From NCBI RefSeq assembly GCF_001194135.2, contig NC_068993.1, forward strand, positions 63,600,492-63,664,491: DNA of 64,000 bases, given 5' to 3'. The DNA comes from Octopus bimaculoides (lineage: Eukaryota). This document shows, one piece after another, positions 14,146-27,248 of the stretch. The notes below the pieces were generated by a model, which saw nothing but the letters and a program-made list of their open reading frames with translations, was not told the DNA's origin and searched no databases. The stretch's first letter is position 1, and every line of letters begins with the position of its first letter. The position numbers and the translations under genes are program-made.

Positions 14146-14887
14146 AACTGTGGGAGGCCTCAAGGTTTGGTTGTGTCACCCACAATTTTCTCTCCTCAAT
14201 ATCACTGCCAACTGCATGCAATAATCTCACCCCAAACTTCTTAATTCAATTAATCCCTACAAAAAGAGGCATTTCGATGAGAGGAGGAGGAGGAGAACAA
14301 CCAGGAGGTCACTTCTTTGGTGGGCCAAGATCTCTTAGAGTGCCAGAAACAACAATGGACTGAAACACTTGTTTGGCAAGAGTTCTTCCAAGGATTTCTC
14401 CTGCTGTCCACCTGCCCTGTAGTGAGTTTCTCCTTTATTTTAAAATATTTTAGAAATAGCAGCCAAATCCATACCACATTGTTTAATAAAAGGAAGGATG
14501 TATTAGATAATGTAAACATTGATTACATTAAAACAATTGAGATTGTCATGACTGGAAAGTCTTTGCTGATAGGTCTGCTTGATTGGAGCTGATTAGGGGC
14601 TTAACAACAACAAATGGGCTCAGATGGGGATGGTCATGGTTGGAACACATTTGATCATAGATCTACTTGATCAAAGCTGATCTAAGAAAGAACACCAGAG
14701 TCAGCAACAGCAGCAACAGCAGCAGCAGCAGTAGCAGCAGCAGCAACACAATGTCTATGGAGAGAGAGAGAGAGTCTCTTTTGTTCAGATTCATTAAAAT
14801 AAAATATCAGAGACACCAAACCATATTCAACGAATGCTAAAAGAGAGCCGTTCGACATATAAAACTTCTCTATTTAATAACACCGAA

Positions 14888-14928
<41 letters not shown>

Positions 14929-15010
14929 TAATAATAATAACAATAATAATAATAATAATAATAATGATAATAATAATAACAATAATAATAATAATAATAA
15001 TAATAACAAC
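14888..15010. repeat. (AAT)n/(AAC) microsatellite
   Basis: Seen directly; similar runs at about 21113-21192 and 57360-57452. Confidence 0.95.
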
Positions 15011-15624
15011 AAAAACCAAAGCAACATCACATTATTTGAAAATTTAATATCAATTTCAATTATGTTTTGCTTTTAATATATATTCGTTTTATAAGTATTT
15101 GTAAACATTATAATTCCTGTAAATGGTATTTCGCCCCCACCCGCCTCTCTCTCTCTCTCTCTCTTCCTCAAATTCCTGTTATGTATTCATATTTCATAAA
15201 GGAATCACTAACAGAGAGAAATAGGATTTTTTCCACATTATTAACTCCATCATTTGTCGATCGAGTCTCCTGCTTCCTTTTCACTCATCATTCTTTACTA
15301 TCTTCTCATGCAATATTTCTACATATTTTTGCATAGATTTACTTATATTTACATATATTTACTTATTCACACACACATACACATACACACACACACACAC
15401 TCATGCACAAACATATTGATTTCTAATATTCCTATTTTAGAATATATAGAGCTGTGTGTGTGTATTTATTTATTTATGTTTATATTTATATGTGCATATA
15501 TATTCATGCATATACATGAATACACACACACACACACACACACACTCATATACAAACACACACACTCTCGTACACACACACACAATGCCCTCAGCCATAA
15601 TCTCTTCCTTCAGCAGAACTAATC

Positions 15625-15860
15625 ATGGCATCCAATAACACCAGGGTCGTAGGAGTAATTCTTGATAACAACGTTCACTGGAGTGCTTACATCAACAATA
15701 AAGTGGACGTGGCTCACAGGACAAGCTCCTGGATCCACAGAACTTTCTGCCTCAGACAACCAGATCTCATCATTCCTTGCTTTTACCTCCTTTCTATGGC
15801 AACACAAAAAATAATGTGGTCTCCCGATACCAAACAAAACATTACAACAATCGAGTCACT
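15625..15860 (+). mobile_element. CR1-group (CR1/L2/Crack) LINE RT fragment
   Basis: VVGVILDNNVHWSAYINNKVDVAHRTSSWIHRTF...WSPDTKQNITTIES matches the post-RT LGV...W..HI...WSP...IE motif series. Confidence 0.7.
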
Positions 15861-15965
15861 TATTTGTTTAAGTTTGGGAATAAGAAATTAATGAGAGAAA
15901 AATCTGGATTTGCAGAGTGAAGAGGAGAAGAAAAATATTTTTATGATTTTAGTTTTATTGCCAAA

Positions 15966-16168
15966 AGTGGTGAGTTGGCAGAACTGTGAGTACGGCAGAC
16001 AAAACTGCCCTGTGGTATTTTGTCTGTCTTTATGTTATAAGTTCAAATTCCACCTTTCATCTTTCCAGGGTCAGTATAATACATACTAGTTGAGCCCTGG
16101 GATTGTTGTAATCTATTTCCCCACTTCCTCAAAATTTCAGGCCTTGCACCCATCATAGAAAGGGTTAT
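15966..16168 (+). mobile_element. SINE family A copy (CpG-decayed)
   Basis: GAGTTGGCAGAA...AAGTTCAAATTCC...CCTTTCATC...AAAATTTCAGGCCTTG. Confidence 0.7.
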
Positions 16169-18299
16169 TTTAGTTTGGACAAACCATAATATCGCTAATA
16201 TTATGAAATATAAAGCAAATAATAAACAAGACTGAAACTGTCCATGACATGAACAGAAGAGTGTTACTGATGGCTCAGCTGATGGTCAGGGTTCGAATTC
16301 TGTTTGGGCAATGATTGACAGAATCCGTAGAGTGTCAGAGGAAATACTTGACCATATTTCGTTACATTCTGAGTTCAACTTTTGGACAATTTTGTCTTTC
16401 TTCCTTGTGAGGTTGATACAATAAAGTTTGAGTAAAAACATTGGAGACGATCAATATTTCTATAAGGATTCCCATATGTGGACAGAATTCAGCTGGAAAA
16501 ATAAAAACATATTTTCTTTTATCCTTCCAGAGGTTCATAAAAAATAACATACCAGCTATTTACTGGTGTTGAGTCTATCAACTATGCTCTCCCCAACACA
16601 AATTTATGGTTAATGCTGCTATTAAAAAAAAATCAATATTTATTTTCCATTAAGTTTTGATCTTCGATTGAGTACAATTCTCATATGTTTGCATGGTACC
16701 AAACTTGATTCAAGCTAGAAGCATTTATTTAGAAACTAAAAGCAGTAATCCTTCTGCCCACTTAGCCAGTGATGCATGTACAATTAATATTACAATTTAA
16801 ATTATTTTATTATGTTAGCTATTTTGACATCAACTTAATGGATAAAATGTAATCTTATTGACAACCGCTCATCTTATAAACAACTTTTAATAATGTTAGT
16901 GATTAGGGTGGGTTAAAGCCAAAATGTTGAAAATCTCATTTTTCTTCACACTCTGCCTTATTTTATTGCTTTCAAATTTGGGCAAATATTTTATCAAACC
17001 CTGGAGTATTAAGAGACTGAGTCTCTCTGGCAGCAATTTAACTCAAAATAAAAAGGAATATGACCATCCATGACCATCCCATCTTGTTTTTCAAGTATAG
17101 TGTATCTAGGACTACATTATACAGTGTGTTCATCTTATTTTTTAAGTCAGTAGGTTGTTATTTGAAGGAGAATTGTCTGCTGTTCTAGCATTGTTGCTTT
17201 AATAATATCAACAGTAATGTGAATTATGGAATTCATTCACGGAACAGCATACAGACAAACTGTCTCTATTTTCTGATTAAAACAACCAAAGCTAGAAGTG
17301 ATGCGAGTGAGGAGAGTTTTTGCTAATGACATTACAATTTTTCAAGTTGTTAACCTCAACTTTGAAACAGGAAAAATATTAACACCTTGACACGTATTGA
17401 CGTAATAATGTTAGCAACATGATACAAGTATTTTCAACCATTGTGCTTTATCATTTTTTCTTTCTGCTTAGTCAGGATGAGAAGGACATCTTCTTTAAGA
17501 TGAGTGGAAGAAAGGGATGAAGTTATTCTCAAACTGGAGAGGAATCTGCTAATGGCACTGAACAGGCTCAAAAAGAGGCAGGGAAAATGTCGCAAGGCAT
17601 CTCATGCGACCTTCTGGAAATTCTGCAGCCCTGGACTAGTTCTTTATTTCATTGATTCTGAAAAGAAGAAAAGATAAAAGGCAAAAGTGAATTGAATAGA
17701 GAGAGAGCTGAGAAAAATAGCATCAGACAACTTGCTCTAAGGCTCTGTCAATTACCTGCCACATGTGTACTACATGTGGCCTACTGGAGTGCTGTGAGTT
17801 TTTGAAGCAACTTGGAAGATGCCATGATGTTTAGGACAGTTGGATGCTAAAACACCACGCTGGTGCCTGTATCTTTGAGTGAAGCAATGTGCAATGTGTA
17901 TCACCCATCCCTGATTAAAAACAATTTTAATTATCATATCTTTATCCAATAAAATTTATAAAAAGCTGATAAAAAGCTTATTCAGTGAATCATGGAATGA
18001 ACCAAAGCTGAAGGTTGCTGACCCCGTGGCTAAGAGAATTCTCTCGCTTTTATTAAATGGGTTTCATGAAAGAGTAACATCTGTAACCCTTTACAGAACT
18101 TGCACAAAAGACACCAATGACTGGTGCTGGGGCTACATCACTTAGTTTAGAAATAAAGGTTCTATGATCTAATCCAGGCTGATGCTGTGTACTGGAGTAA
18201 GTCAGCTGATGACAGATTGGAGATCAAACTGATTGAAACATGGGGTAGATGTAAATATCAAAGCAGTTTCCCTAATTTTAAAGAGGACAAGCAACGTTG

Positions 18300-18600
18300 T
18301 CATCATCATCATCATCATCGTTTAACGTCCGCTTTCCATGCTAGCATGGGTTGGACGATTTGACTGAGGACTGGTGAAACCGGATGGCAACACCAGGCTC
18401 CAATCTAATTTGGCAGAGTTTCTACAGCTGGATGCCCTTCCTAACGCCAACCACTCAGAGAGTGTAGTGGGTGCTTTTACGTGTCACCCGCACGAAAACG
18501 GCCACGCTCGAAATGGTGTCTTTTATGTGCCACCCGCACAAGCCAGTCCAGGGGCACTGGCAATGATCTCGCTCGAAAATTCTACGGGAGCCAGTCAGGC
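18300..18600 (-). mobile_element. RTE-family 3' tail copy (young subfamily)
   Basis: About 160 nt nearly identical, in reverse complement, to 55485-55650; (GAT)n tail. Confidence 0.8.
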
Positions 18601-18716
18601 GGTACTCCTTGGTTTCAAGTTCCATCCTCAGTATGACATTTTGGGGCCCTGAGTTTTCTGCTAGAGTTGTCAGCTGGTCAATGCCATAGGAGTGACATTG
18701 GTTAACAGGAACTTTC

Positions 18717-19005
18717 ATGTGTGTGCGTGTGTGTGTGCACGTGTGTGTGTGTGAATGTATATGTATATGTGTGCGTGTGTGTCTATGCATGTGTTGTGTG
18801 TGTGTGTGTGTACATGTGTGTGTGAATGTATATGCATGCGTGTGTGTGTTGTATGTGTGTGTGCTTGTATGTGAATGTATATATATATGTGTTTGTGTGT
18901 ATGTGTGTGTTTGTGTGAGTGTGTCTGTGTGTGAATGTATATATGTGTGTGTGTGTGTGAATGTGTGTGTGTGTGTGTGTGTGTGTGCGTGCGTGCGTGT
19001 GTGTC
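18717..19005. repeat. Degenerate (TG)n tract (representative)
   Basis: Alternating purine-pyrimidine tract; similar tracts at about 4135-4310, 10865-11045 and 41590-42060. Confidence 0.9.
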
Positions 19006-21114
19006 TCCTTACCACCTTCCCTTCATACTGACTCCAGTCGGGCAATGATGATGTCATTGCTTTGACTCTTGGGACTCATTGGTTTCCAACATGCAAAGAT
19101 CAAAGGAATCGAGTTCCTGACTTGAAAAATAAGCAGCTGGTCACATGGCGTGATATCCAGCTGGTCACATGTATATAAATGACATGATGGTCAAGGCTGG
19201 AATGACATTGATCATTGGTCTGCTGACTAAGCAGCAATTACCTGGGGTTAAACAGCAACAAATTCTTTGTTAATTCAATGAAGATGCCTCTACATGGTCA
19301 CTCGACCTACAAGAAATAGCAGCCAAATATTCATCAAATATAACCCCACAATTTTTACATCTTAAAAAGAAAGTAGGACACACTCCATCGGTTCATCTGT
19401 TATTTTAGACAAATCTACCCCAATAGATGAGGTAGAATTGGTTGCTCTTTCTAGCATATTGAATGGCTATATAGAGGTTCCATCAAGAATAGTTTAACCA
19501 CTGACACAGTCAAAAATGTTCCAGCTCTGATTTTGATCATTTTTTTTTTTATCAGGGTATAATGTATCTTGGAGTAAGATCATGCAAAGGACATTAGAGA
19601 TAATGCAGTGCTAATCACCTGGATAACTGCTAAAAGACTGATGGTTATTGATGGAATATTTGGGATCAGAGATCAACTGAATCACATGTGACCTAGGGCT
19701 AAACAATAACTTGTTCCTAGCAAAAACAGAAAAGAGCCAAAATCTATCAAATTGTCATCTACTTAGCAGAACAAAGCAACACAAAAACCAAATTTTAAAA
19801 TCCGCCCCCAAAAAAAGAATCTTTTAAATATCTGAGAGATTGTTGATCAAAGTAAATTGCACCAACCAATAATTGATTTCTGAGATAAAAAAAAAGATGA
19901 AAAACCAAAAGACAAAAAAATGAAGGAGAATCTCTAATTGTTTTGCAAGAATCAAAGAGTACGTTACAAAGTGGCACCAGTGATTGAGTTTAGTCATGTT
20001 AAGCAATTTAAAGATAGATCTTATGACACCTGTTGTGATTGATTCTAAACATAAATTGAAACAAAGTGGATATTGTTAAACAATAACATTAATAAACATG
20101 AACAATGGTGTAATGGTGGTGGTGGTGTCATTGTCGTCGTCGATGGTGGTGGTGGTGGTGGTGGTGGTGTCATTGTTCTCATCATTTAGCACCAGACCAA
20201 CTCAGACTGAGCAACCTGGTGATCAAAAAGCATTACAACCACAATCATCCTGTCTTTTAATTTCTTTTTCTTTGGCTGTTATAGGTGAGGGAGATTTGGC
20301 TGTCATTTCTTGTAAGTCAAGCAACTACACAGAGGCTCCATGTCTACCCATTTGTTTAAGCTGGTCAAGTTTTATTTGAATGATGTTCAGCTGCTATTTC
20401 AATGAAATCAAGTCATTATTGAGGAATGTAAATACACACGCACACACACACAGAGACACACAGGCACACATACACACACTCACACACTCGCAAGAGAGAG
20501 AGAGAGAGAGGGAGACAGCAGGATAGAGATGGTGGCAAAGTGCTGGGCATACTCACAAGGGACAGGGATCAGAATATAAATGGGATGGTTGAGTAAAGGC
20601 AATTGAAACGATGTGATTTGAGGAAGAGAGGCTGTTATTTCTAGAAGTTCAACAGATGATGTGATGATTCCTTCCATGACTGAAAACCATTATGAAGAAA
20701 GCAAGGAAGTGAAACAAAGGGAAAAGGTGCCAGACTAAATGTTTTAAAATATTTAGTTTCAGTTCTTCAAATTTTGAGTCCAAAATCCTTTGGGGACATT
20801 GGTGTTTGTGTTTTGCCCCTCTGAGAGTTGATAATGGAAGCCAAAAATATCATCAATTAAATCAGATATAATCCTCCTTACTATAAATTCCTGGAAGTAT
20901 GCCATGATATCAGAAGCCACCACCGCCATTATCATCATCATATTAATATCTACTTTATTGACCACATAGTCAGGATAGACAGTAGCATTATCTAAAGTAA
21001 AATTCTTCTACTTGTCTTCCACTTACCAAACTGGTTAGCACTATCGAAGTGGAACCATCTATAAAATTCAGCTGCTCAAAGAACATTGATTCTCTTACAC
21101 AGGAGAAAAAAATG

Positions 21115-21195
<81 letters not shown>

Positions 21196-21489
21196 GGTAT
21201 ATTTCAGCAAAAGAAAGTAAAACAAAAGTATAAAAAAAAAATTGAAGAAGATGATCTTTCATAAATAAATAAAATAAAAAAAAGTTTGGAATCTGACCAA
21301 CATTTCTCATATCAAATGACCAGCAGCAAAAGAATGGTATTTCTGAAATAGTAGAAAAGCAGAGTGATTGTTGTTCTGGCAGAAATAAATCCAGAATGGA
21401 GGATCTAAATAAATAGATAAATGATAAATTAAAACTAAATTATGATTTAATAAGAAGAAATATGTCATTCTTAAAACAAGGTTGTTTAT

Positions 21490-21680
21490 TGTTGTTTAAG
21501 CGTCAGCCATTATTGATTCAGCAGAGTCTTACATTCAAAAGTGCTCCATCTGTGACCTTATCCTTAGTATTGCATTAGACAAAGCATCCTTCCTTTCCAA
21601 GATTGTAGGTTGGTGTGATTTGAGGGAGATTTGGCTGCTATTTCTAACTGGGCAAGCAACCAGGTAGAGGCACTTTCAGC
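21490..21680 (+). repeat. Third interspersed repeat family (representative copy)
   Basis: GTGATTTGAGGGAGATTTGGCTGCTATTTCTA motif recurs, diverged and on either strand, near 14440, 17200, 19300, 20290, 20620, 28900, 35050 and 48820. Class not determined. Confidence 0.65.
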
Positions 21681-22558
21681 TCTGTGTTGATCTTCTGATT
21701 ACTGGAAACAGCCATAAGCCAAATTTACTCCAATAAAGGAATTACATGTAATGACCTTTTATTTTTAACTTCATTTCTTAAATATATATCTATATATATA
21801 TGTAATATTTTGGACTAATGAGTATACATCAATTAGTGAGCTGATGTGTTGTATAAAGGACTGGCAGAATTAGGGGATTCTTTCACCTGTATTTATTCTT
21901 AATTTCTTATTTCTAGTACTCTTCCCTCACTTTATATGTATATATATATATATATATATATNNNNNNNNNNNNNNNNNNNNNNNNNNNNNNNNNNNNNNN
22001 NNNNNNNNNNNNNNNNNNNNNNNNNNNNNNNNNNNNNNNNNNNNNNNNNNNNNNNNNNNNNNNNNNNNNNNNNNNNNNNNNNNNNNNNNNNNNNNNNNNN
22101 NNNNNNNNNNNNNNNNNNNNNNNNNNNNNNNNNNNNNNNNNNNNNNNNNNNNNNNNNNNNNNNNNNNNNNNNNNNNNNNNNNNNNNNNNNNNNNNNNNNN
22201 NNNNNNNNNNNNNNNNNNNNNNNNNNNNNNNNNNNNNNNNNNNNNNNNNNNNNNNNNNNNNNNNNNNNNNNNNNNNNNNNNNNNNNNNNNNNNNNNNNNN
22301 NNNNNNNNNNNNNNNNNNNGTAGCAACCGTTACCAATATAGCATAAGAACTTACCTTAGGAGATCATTAATTAGATTCCTTAAGGGTCGTTCTCACAGTT
22401 TATATTTATATCATAAGGTTTTTAAACTTTTAAATTTTCATATTCAAAAGAGACAGAGACTTCAAATTCGATATATCGATTTATTCACCACTCTATGTTA
22501 ACATTTCTGTGCCAAACTTATCCAGTGACTGGTGCATTGGATTTAGACGTTTGGCACT

Positions 22559-22606
<48 letters not shown>

Positions 22607-22609
<3 letters not shown>

Positions 22610-22912
22610 TCATCATCATTTAATGTCCGTTGTCCATGCTGGCATGAGTTGGACTGTTTGACTGGACTGGCATGCTGGAAGGCTGCATCAGGATCCAGTC
22701 TGACTTGGCATGGTTTCCTATGGCTGGATGCCCTTCCTAATGCCAACCACTCCATCAGTGTAATGGGAGCTTTTAGGTGCCACCGGTACGGGTGCCATTT
22801 CTGCGACGCTAGTATCTGCCATGACTGCGATTTTGCTCGGCTTGATGGGTCTTCTTCTGAAGCATGACATAATGCCAAAGGTCTCGGTCATTGCCTCCGT
22901 GAGGCCCAACAC
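22607..22912 (-). mobile_element. RTE-clade LINE 3' end, 5'-truncated
   Basis: Starts at LGLTEAM coding, then 3'UTR and the CCAAC(T/C)CATGCCAGCATGG...TTAAA(TGA)n tail, abutting (TA)n. Confidence 0.8.
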
Positions 22913-23996
22913 GGAGGGCTAACTGGGAAGATAGTTTTTGTATGCGGCAGATGCTCAGGAGCACTAAACACTGAAAATGTGCAGAGAACAACTTCTGCCA
23001 CATTCCAGGGAGAAAAACTAGAAGTAGTTGATAGCTTCCATTACCTAGGTGACCAAGTCAGTTGTGGGGGTGAGTGCTCTGAAAGTGCAGCTGCTAGAAT
23101 AAGAATAGCCTGGGCAAAGTTCAGAGAGCTCCTACCTCTGCTGGTGACAAAGGGCCTCTCGCTCAGAGTAAAAGGTAGACTGTATGATGCATGTGTGTAA
23201 ACTGCCATGCTACACGGCAGTGAAACATGGGCCGTAACTGCTGAGGACATGCGTAAGCTCACAAGGAATGAAGCCAGTATGCTCCACTGGATGTGTAATA
23301 TCAGTGTCAATACTCGACAGAGTGTAAGTGCCTTGAGAGAAAAGTTGGACCTAAGAAGCATCAGATGTGGTGTGCAAGAGAGACGACTGCACTGGTATGG
23401 TCATGTGGCGAGAATGGATGAGGATAGCTGTGTGAAAAAGTNNNNNNNNNNNNNNNNNNNNNNNNNNNGACCCGGCATGCCAAGTGAGACCATAATCCGT
23501 GGTCTATGCCAGTGGTGTAACCAGCCCACTTGTGCTTACCTTTCCTTCATTGGACACTAAACTCGGCTTGCAAAGACCTGTTGAGGCAAGTGAAATTGAA
23601 ATCAAGTCAGATGACAGCACTGCATGACTGGCATCCGTGCTAGTGGAGCACCAAGAGCACCATCTAAGCATGATCGTTGCAAGGGCCGCTGACTGGCTCC
23701 TGTGCCGGTGGCATGTAAAAAGCACCATTTGAGTGTGATTGTTACCAGCGTCGCCTTACTGGCACTTGTGCCGGTGGCATGTGAAAAACAACAGTCGAGC
23801 AAGGTCGTTGCCAGTGCTGCTGGACTGGCTCTGGTGCAGGTGTCATGTAAAAGCACCGACTACACTCTCAGAGTGTTTGGTTGTAGAAACTCTGCCGGAG
23901 CAGATGGAGCCTGGTGCAGCCATCTGGCTCACAAGTCCTCAGTCAAATCGTCCAACCCATGCCAGCATGGAAAGTGGATGTTAAACGATGATGATT
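22913..23996 (+). mobile_element. RTE-clade LINE, ORF C-terminal part and 3'UTR (spans a 27-N gap)
   Basis: GEKLEVVDSFHYLGD...RIRIAWAKFRELLPLL...MLHGSETW...RRLHWYGHVARM (RTE-type post-RT region); in-frame stop at 23198-23200; 3'UTR with repeated CTGTGCCGGTGGCATGT units and a (GAT)n tail. Confidence 0.88.
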
Positions 23997-24085
23997 TATA
24001 TATATATATGCATATAATTATGTGTAAATATATATACATATATATACATATTTATATATATGTATATCTACATATATACAAATAA

Positions 24086-24172
<87 letters not shown>

Positions 24173-24384
24173 CATATATATATATACATACATACATCCA
24201 TATATATATATGCATACATACATATATACATACATATATATATATATATATACACAAACACGCACACAATCACCAGAATAGAGTGAACATATCCAGTACA
24301 ACTCTGTGCTCTTCCAGCCATCTCCGCTCTCCATTGATAGCAGACGATAAATATTAACAACACCGAAAGCGTTTAAAAAACCTC

Positions 24385-24445
24385 AGCTGATTGGTTGCTC
24401 GGTGAATAACCAATAGCATTTCTAGTTTCATCCACGTCGGCACAA
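24385..24445 (+). promoter_or_regulatory. Putative proximal promoter of the TUSC3-like gene
   Basis: ATTGG (24390-24394), CCAAT (24410-24414) and CCACGTC (24432-24438), 130-180 nt upstream of the ATG at the start of a CpG-rich zone. No TSS data. Confidence 0.45.
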
Positions 24446-24571
24446 GAGCAGCGTAGTGTGTGTGTGTGTATCTGTATGCGTAGATGTGCGTGTGTGTGTT
24501 GAGGTATATGATTGTGTGTGCGTATAGGTCGATGTATGTATGTGTGTGCGCGCGTGTGTGTGCAGTAAAAC

Positions 24572-24685
24572 ATGGACGACAAGATGACATTGAGTGTGAC
24601 GGCAGGTTTAATCCTGCTCCTTGTTATGATTTTACCGCCACCACAAAGCTGTGTCTCGGCCCTTGGTCTTCAGCGTAAAAAAGAG
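24572..24685 (+). CDS. TUSC3: OST3/OST6-family (TUSC3/MAGT1-like) coding exon 1, signal peptide
   Basis: AAACATGG start context; MDDKMTLSVTAGLILLLVMILPPPQSCVSALGLQRKKE (hydrophobic signal peptide, then QRKKE like human GQKKKE); GAG|GTAAGT donor, phase 0, in frame with exon 2. Confidence 0.88.
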
Positions 24686-25769
24686 GTAAGTATTATTGTA
24701 TTGTCCGACTCGTAATGGCCAGTAAAATAAGCTTGTGAGCCGGATTGGTGGTCGTGGTGTGTGTGAGATTCCATCGAATGGGGCGAAGGATCGGAGTAGC
24801 AAAGTGTGGCCAAAGCTAACTTCCCGGCCAAACTACCATCCCGGGTTCGATCCCCACTCGTTGTCTTGGCCGTTTGTTAACGCTGCAACTACAACTGACC
24901 ACAGTTGTAACCTTTGCAACCGTTTTATATTTAAAAAAGATGTCTTATAAATGAATGTAGCTTGTTGAAGTTGAACCATTCTTCTCTCTTCTTCCGGCTT
25001 TTCGATTCGAACATGTTCACTCTTGTTCGACACTCGATCGATCGGTTGGTTTGGCCGGTCTGCTTGCACTAATTACTCGCTCGGTCCAGTGTTTTCTTCG
25101 ACCGGTAATCCGATCCCACTATTATTTCTCTCTCGTCTCCCATTCGGATCTTTTCATTTCCAATCCTTGCATCACCACCACCGCCATCGCCCTTTAACAC
25201 CCGACTCCCTATTTCATGAACAATATATATACACCTTTTATTGCACACCTAACAATGTCCACGTCTACATTCGATTCATATTTATCTATTTATTTACTCG
25301 GCACTCTATGTGTGTGTGTGTGTATATATGAATGGGTATATATATGTGNNNNNNNNNNNNNNNNNNNNNNNNNNNNNNNNNNNNNNNNNNNNNNNNNNNN
25401 NNNNNNNNNNNNNNNNNNNNNNNNNNNNNNNNNNNNNNNNNNNNNNNNNNNNNNNNNNNNNNNNNNNNNNNNNNNNNNNNNNNNNNNNNNNNNNNNNNNN
25501 NNNNNNNNNNNNNNNNNNNNNNNNNNNNNNNNNNNNNNNNNNNNNNNNNNNNNNNNNNNNNNNNNNNNNNNNNNNNNNNNNNNNNNNNNNNNNNNNNNNN
25601 NNNNNNNNNNNNNNNNNNNNNNNNNNNNNNNNNNNNNNNNNNNNNNNNNNNNNNNNNNNNNNNNNNNNNNNNNNNNNNNNNNNNNNNNNNNNNNNNNNNN
25701 NNNNNNNNNNNNNNNNNNNNNNNNNNNNNNNNNNNNNNNNNNNNNNNNNNNNNNNNNNNNNNNNNNNNN

Positions 25770-25821
<52 letters not shown>

Positions 25822-26671
25822 GCAGTTTGTATGTGTAGTGTATATATATACACATATAGATGTAGTGTGTGTATATGTGTAGTATATTACATATTTATAA
25901 ATCCAAACACAAGAAAACAAGAAAGATGAAAAAGAAACAATCTTCGTCTCTACTAAAAATAGATCTGTGTTTAGATTTGATTTGCTTGGAAGCGGAAACT
26001 TGGCAAATTATGATTTTTGAACTTTCACCGCCTCCCAAATATAATATTTATAATTTTCTTGATATTTTTTTCAGTGTTTTGTAATGAATAATTATTTATT
26101 AAATAACTGAAACAAAAAAAAAATCCGTGCAAGTCTGTAAACTAAGTCATTAGCTAATAATGCATATAATGAAAATTAATAATCCGACTGAAATTCCTTT
26201 TCAAATAAACCCCTTTTTATCATCGATCCCAAATTTTCTTGTATTCTGCATATTGTCGTCTCGCACTCGTCTCTCTAAAACACACACACACACACACAGG
26301 ACAAGTGTCTGTTAAGAGTTTCCCACTTTCAAATGTCGCTATGTCTACCTTCGTTACAAGAGACGCATCCGAATGTCGGACAAATCTACACACGTTTTTC
26401 TAGCTATTCAGGCTGCGAGTCGTGTGTGTATATGTATATGTATGTATGTGTCTATATATATATATGTGTGTGTGTATATATATATGTGTGTATGTATGTA
26501 TGTTATATATATGTATGTATATTACACGTCTGTATAAAGTTGTTCTTTTTTTGTGAATATGTGTATATACTCGACTGCATATATATATATATATACACAC
26601 ACAGACGTCCTGACTTCTTTATATATGCGCTCGCGCACATACATAGCCACACCTGTATGAATTTGTGAATG

Positions 26672-26711
<40 letters not shown>

Positions 26712-27185
26712 CACCTGCATATACCTGTATGGATTTGTGGACGTGTATATACATCCACAATGTAGATATAAGTATGCATTTCCACCCCTATCTATCTATC
26801 TTAGATACACATTGTGTATATCTATTTACCACAGGCATGTTTATATATGTGTGAATAAATCTCCACTCTCCTATTAGTTTTGAATTATATATATATATTT
26901 ATATATATACACACACATGTTTATATCTCTAAATATAGTCAAGTCTGTCTTGACATGAACTGGTCACAAGAGTTAATTCCCCCTGAATAACTTTGTCGTC
27001 TATTTTTGGTCTCGGGTTCCAAATTTTTTGGGGATTCCCAACTTGGTCCCACATCTCATTTCGATTATTCCCCACTTTGGTGGTTACCAATGTCCTTTGG
27101 AGAGCCATATGTTCCTCCCTTATCTTTTTTAGTTTTCTTATAAATTCTGGCCTCTTTTGTGTTTTAAATGAAATGTACAATCGAT

Positions 27186-27248
<63 letters not shown>

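Noticed and set aside
17740-18027. Possible hAT-type MITE (GCCACATGT...ACATGTGGC hairpin; AGGTTGCTGACCCC end)
   Set aside because: Only one end is recognisable and there is no target duplication.
18203-18245. CTGATGA...GAAAC hammerhead-like motif (CTGACGAG also near 30510 and 50523)
   Set aside because: Stem II is not directly followed by GAAA and no stems I/III are present.
20480-20677. Exon-like open minus-strand segment with AG/GT ends
   Set aside because: Overlaps a copy of the interspersed GATTTGAGG...GCTATTTCTAG repeat; no protein similarity recognised.
24410-24436. Canonical ERSE
   Set aside because: CCAAT to CCACG spacing is 17 nt, not 9; kept only as an ERSE-like observation.
24833-25331. 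ORFs in the CpG-rich start of intron 1
   Set aside because: No recognisable domain or splice partners; explained by GC content near the promoter.
26333-26420. Alternative first exon for the TUSC3-like gene
   Set aside because: No signal peptide or donor; 24572-24685 fits much better.
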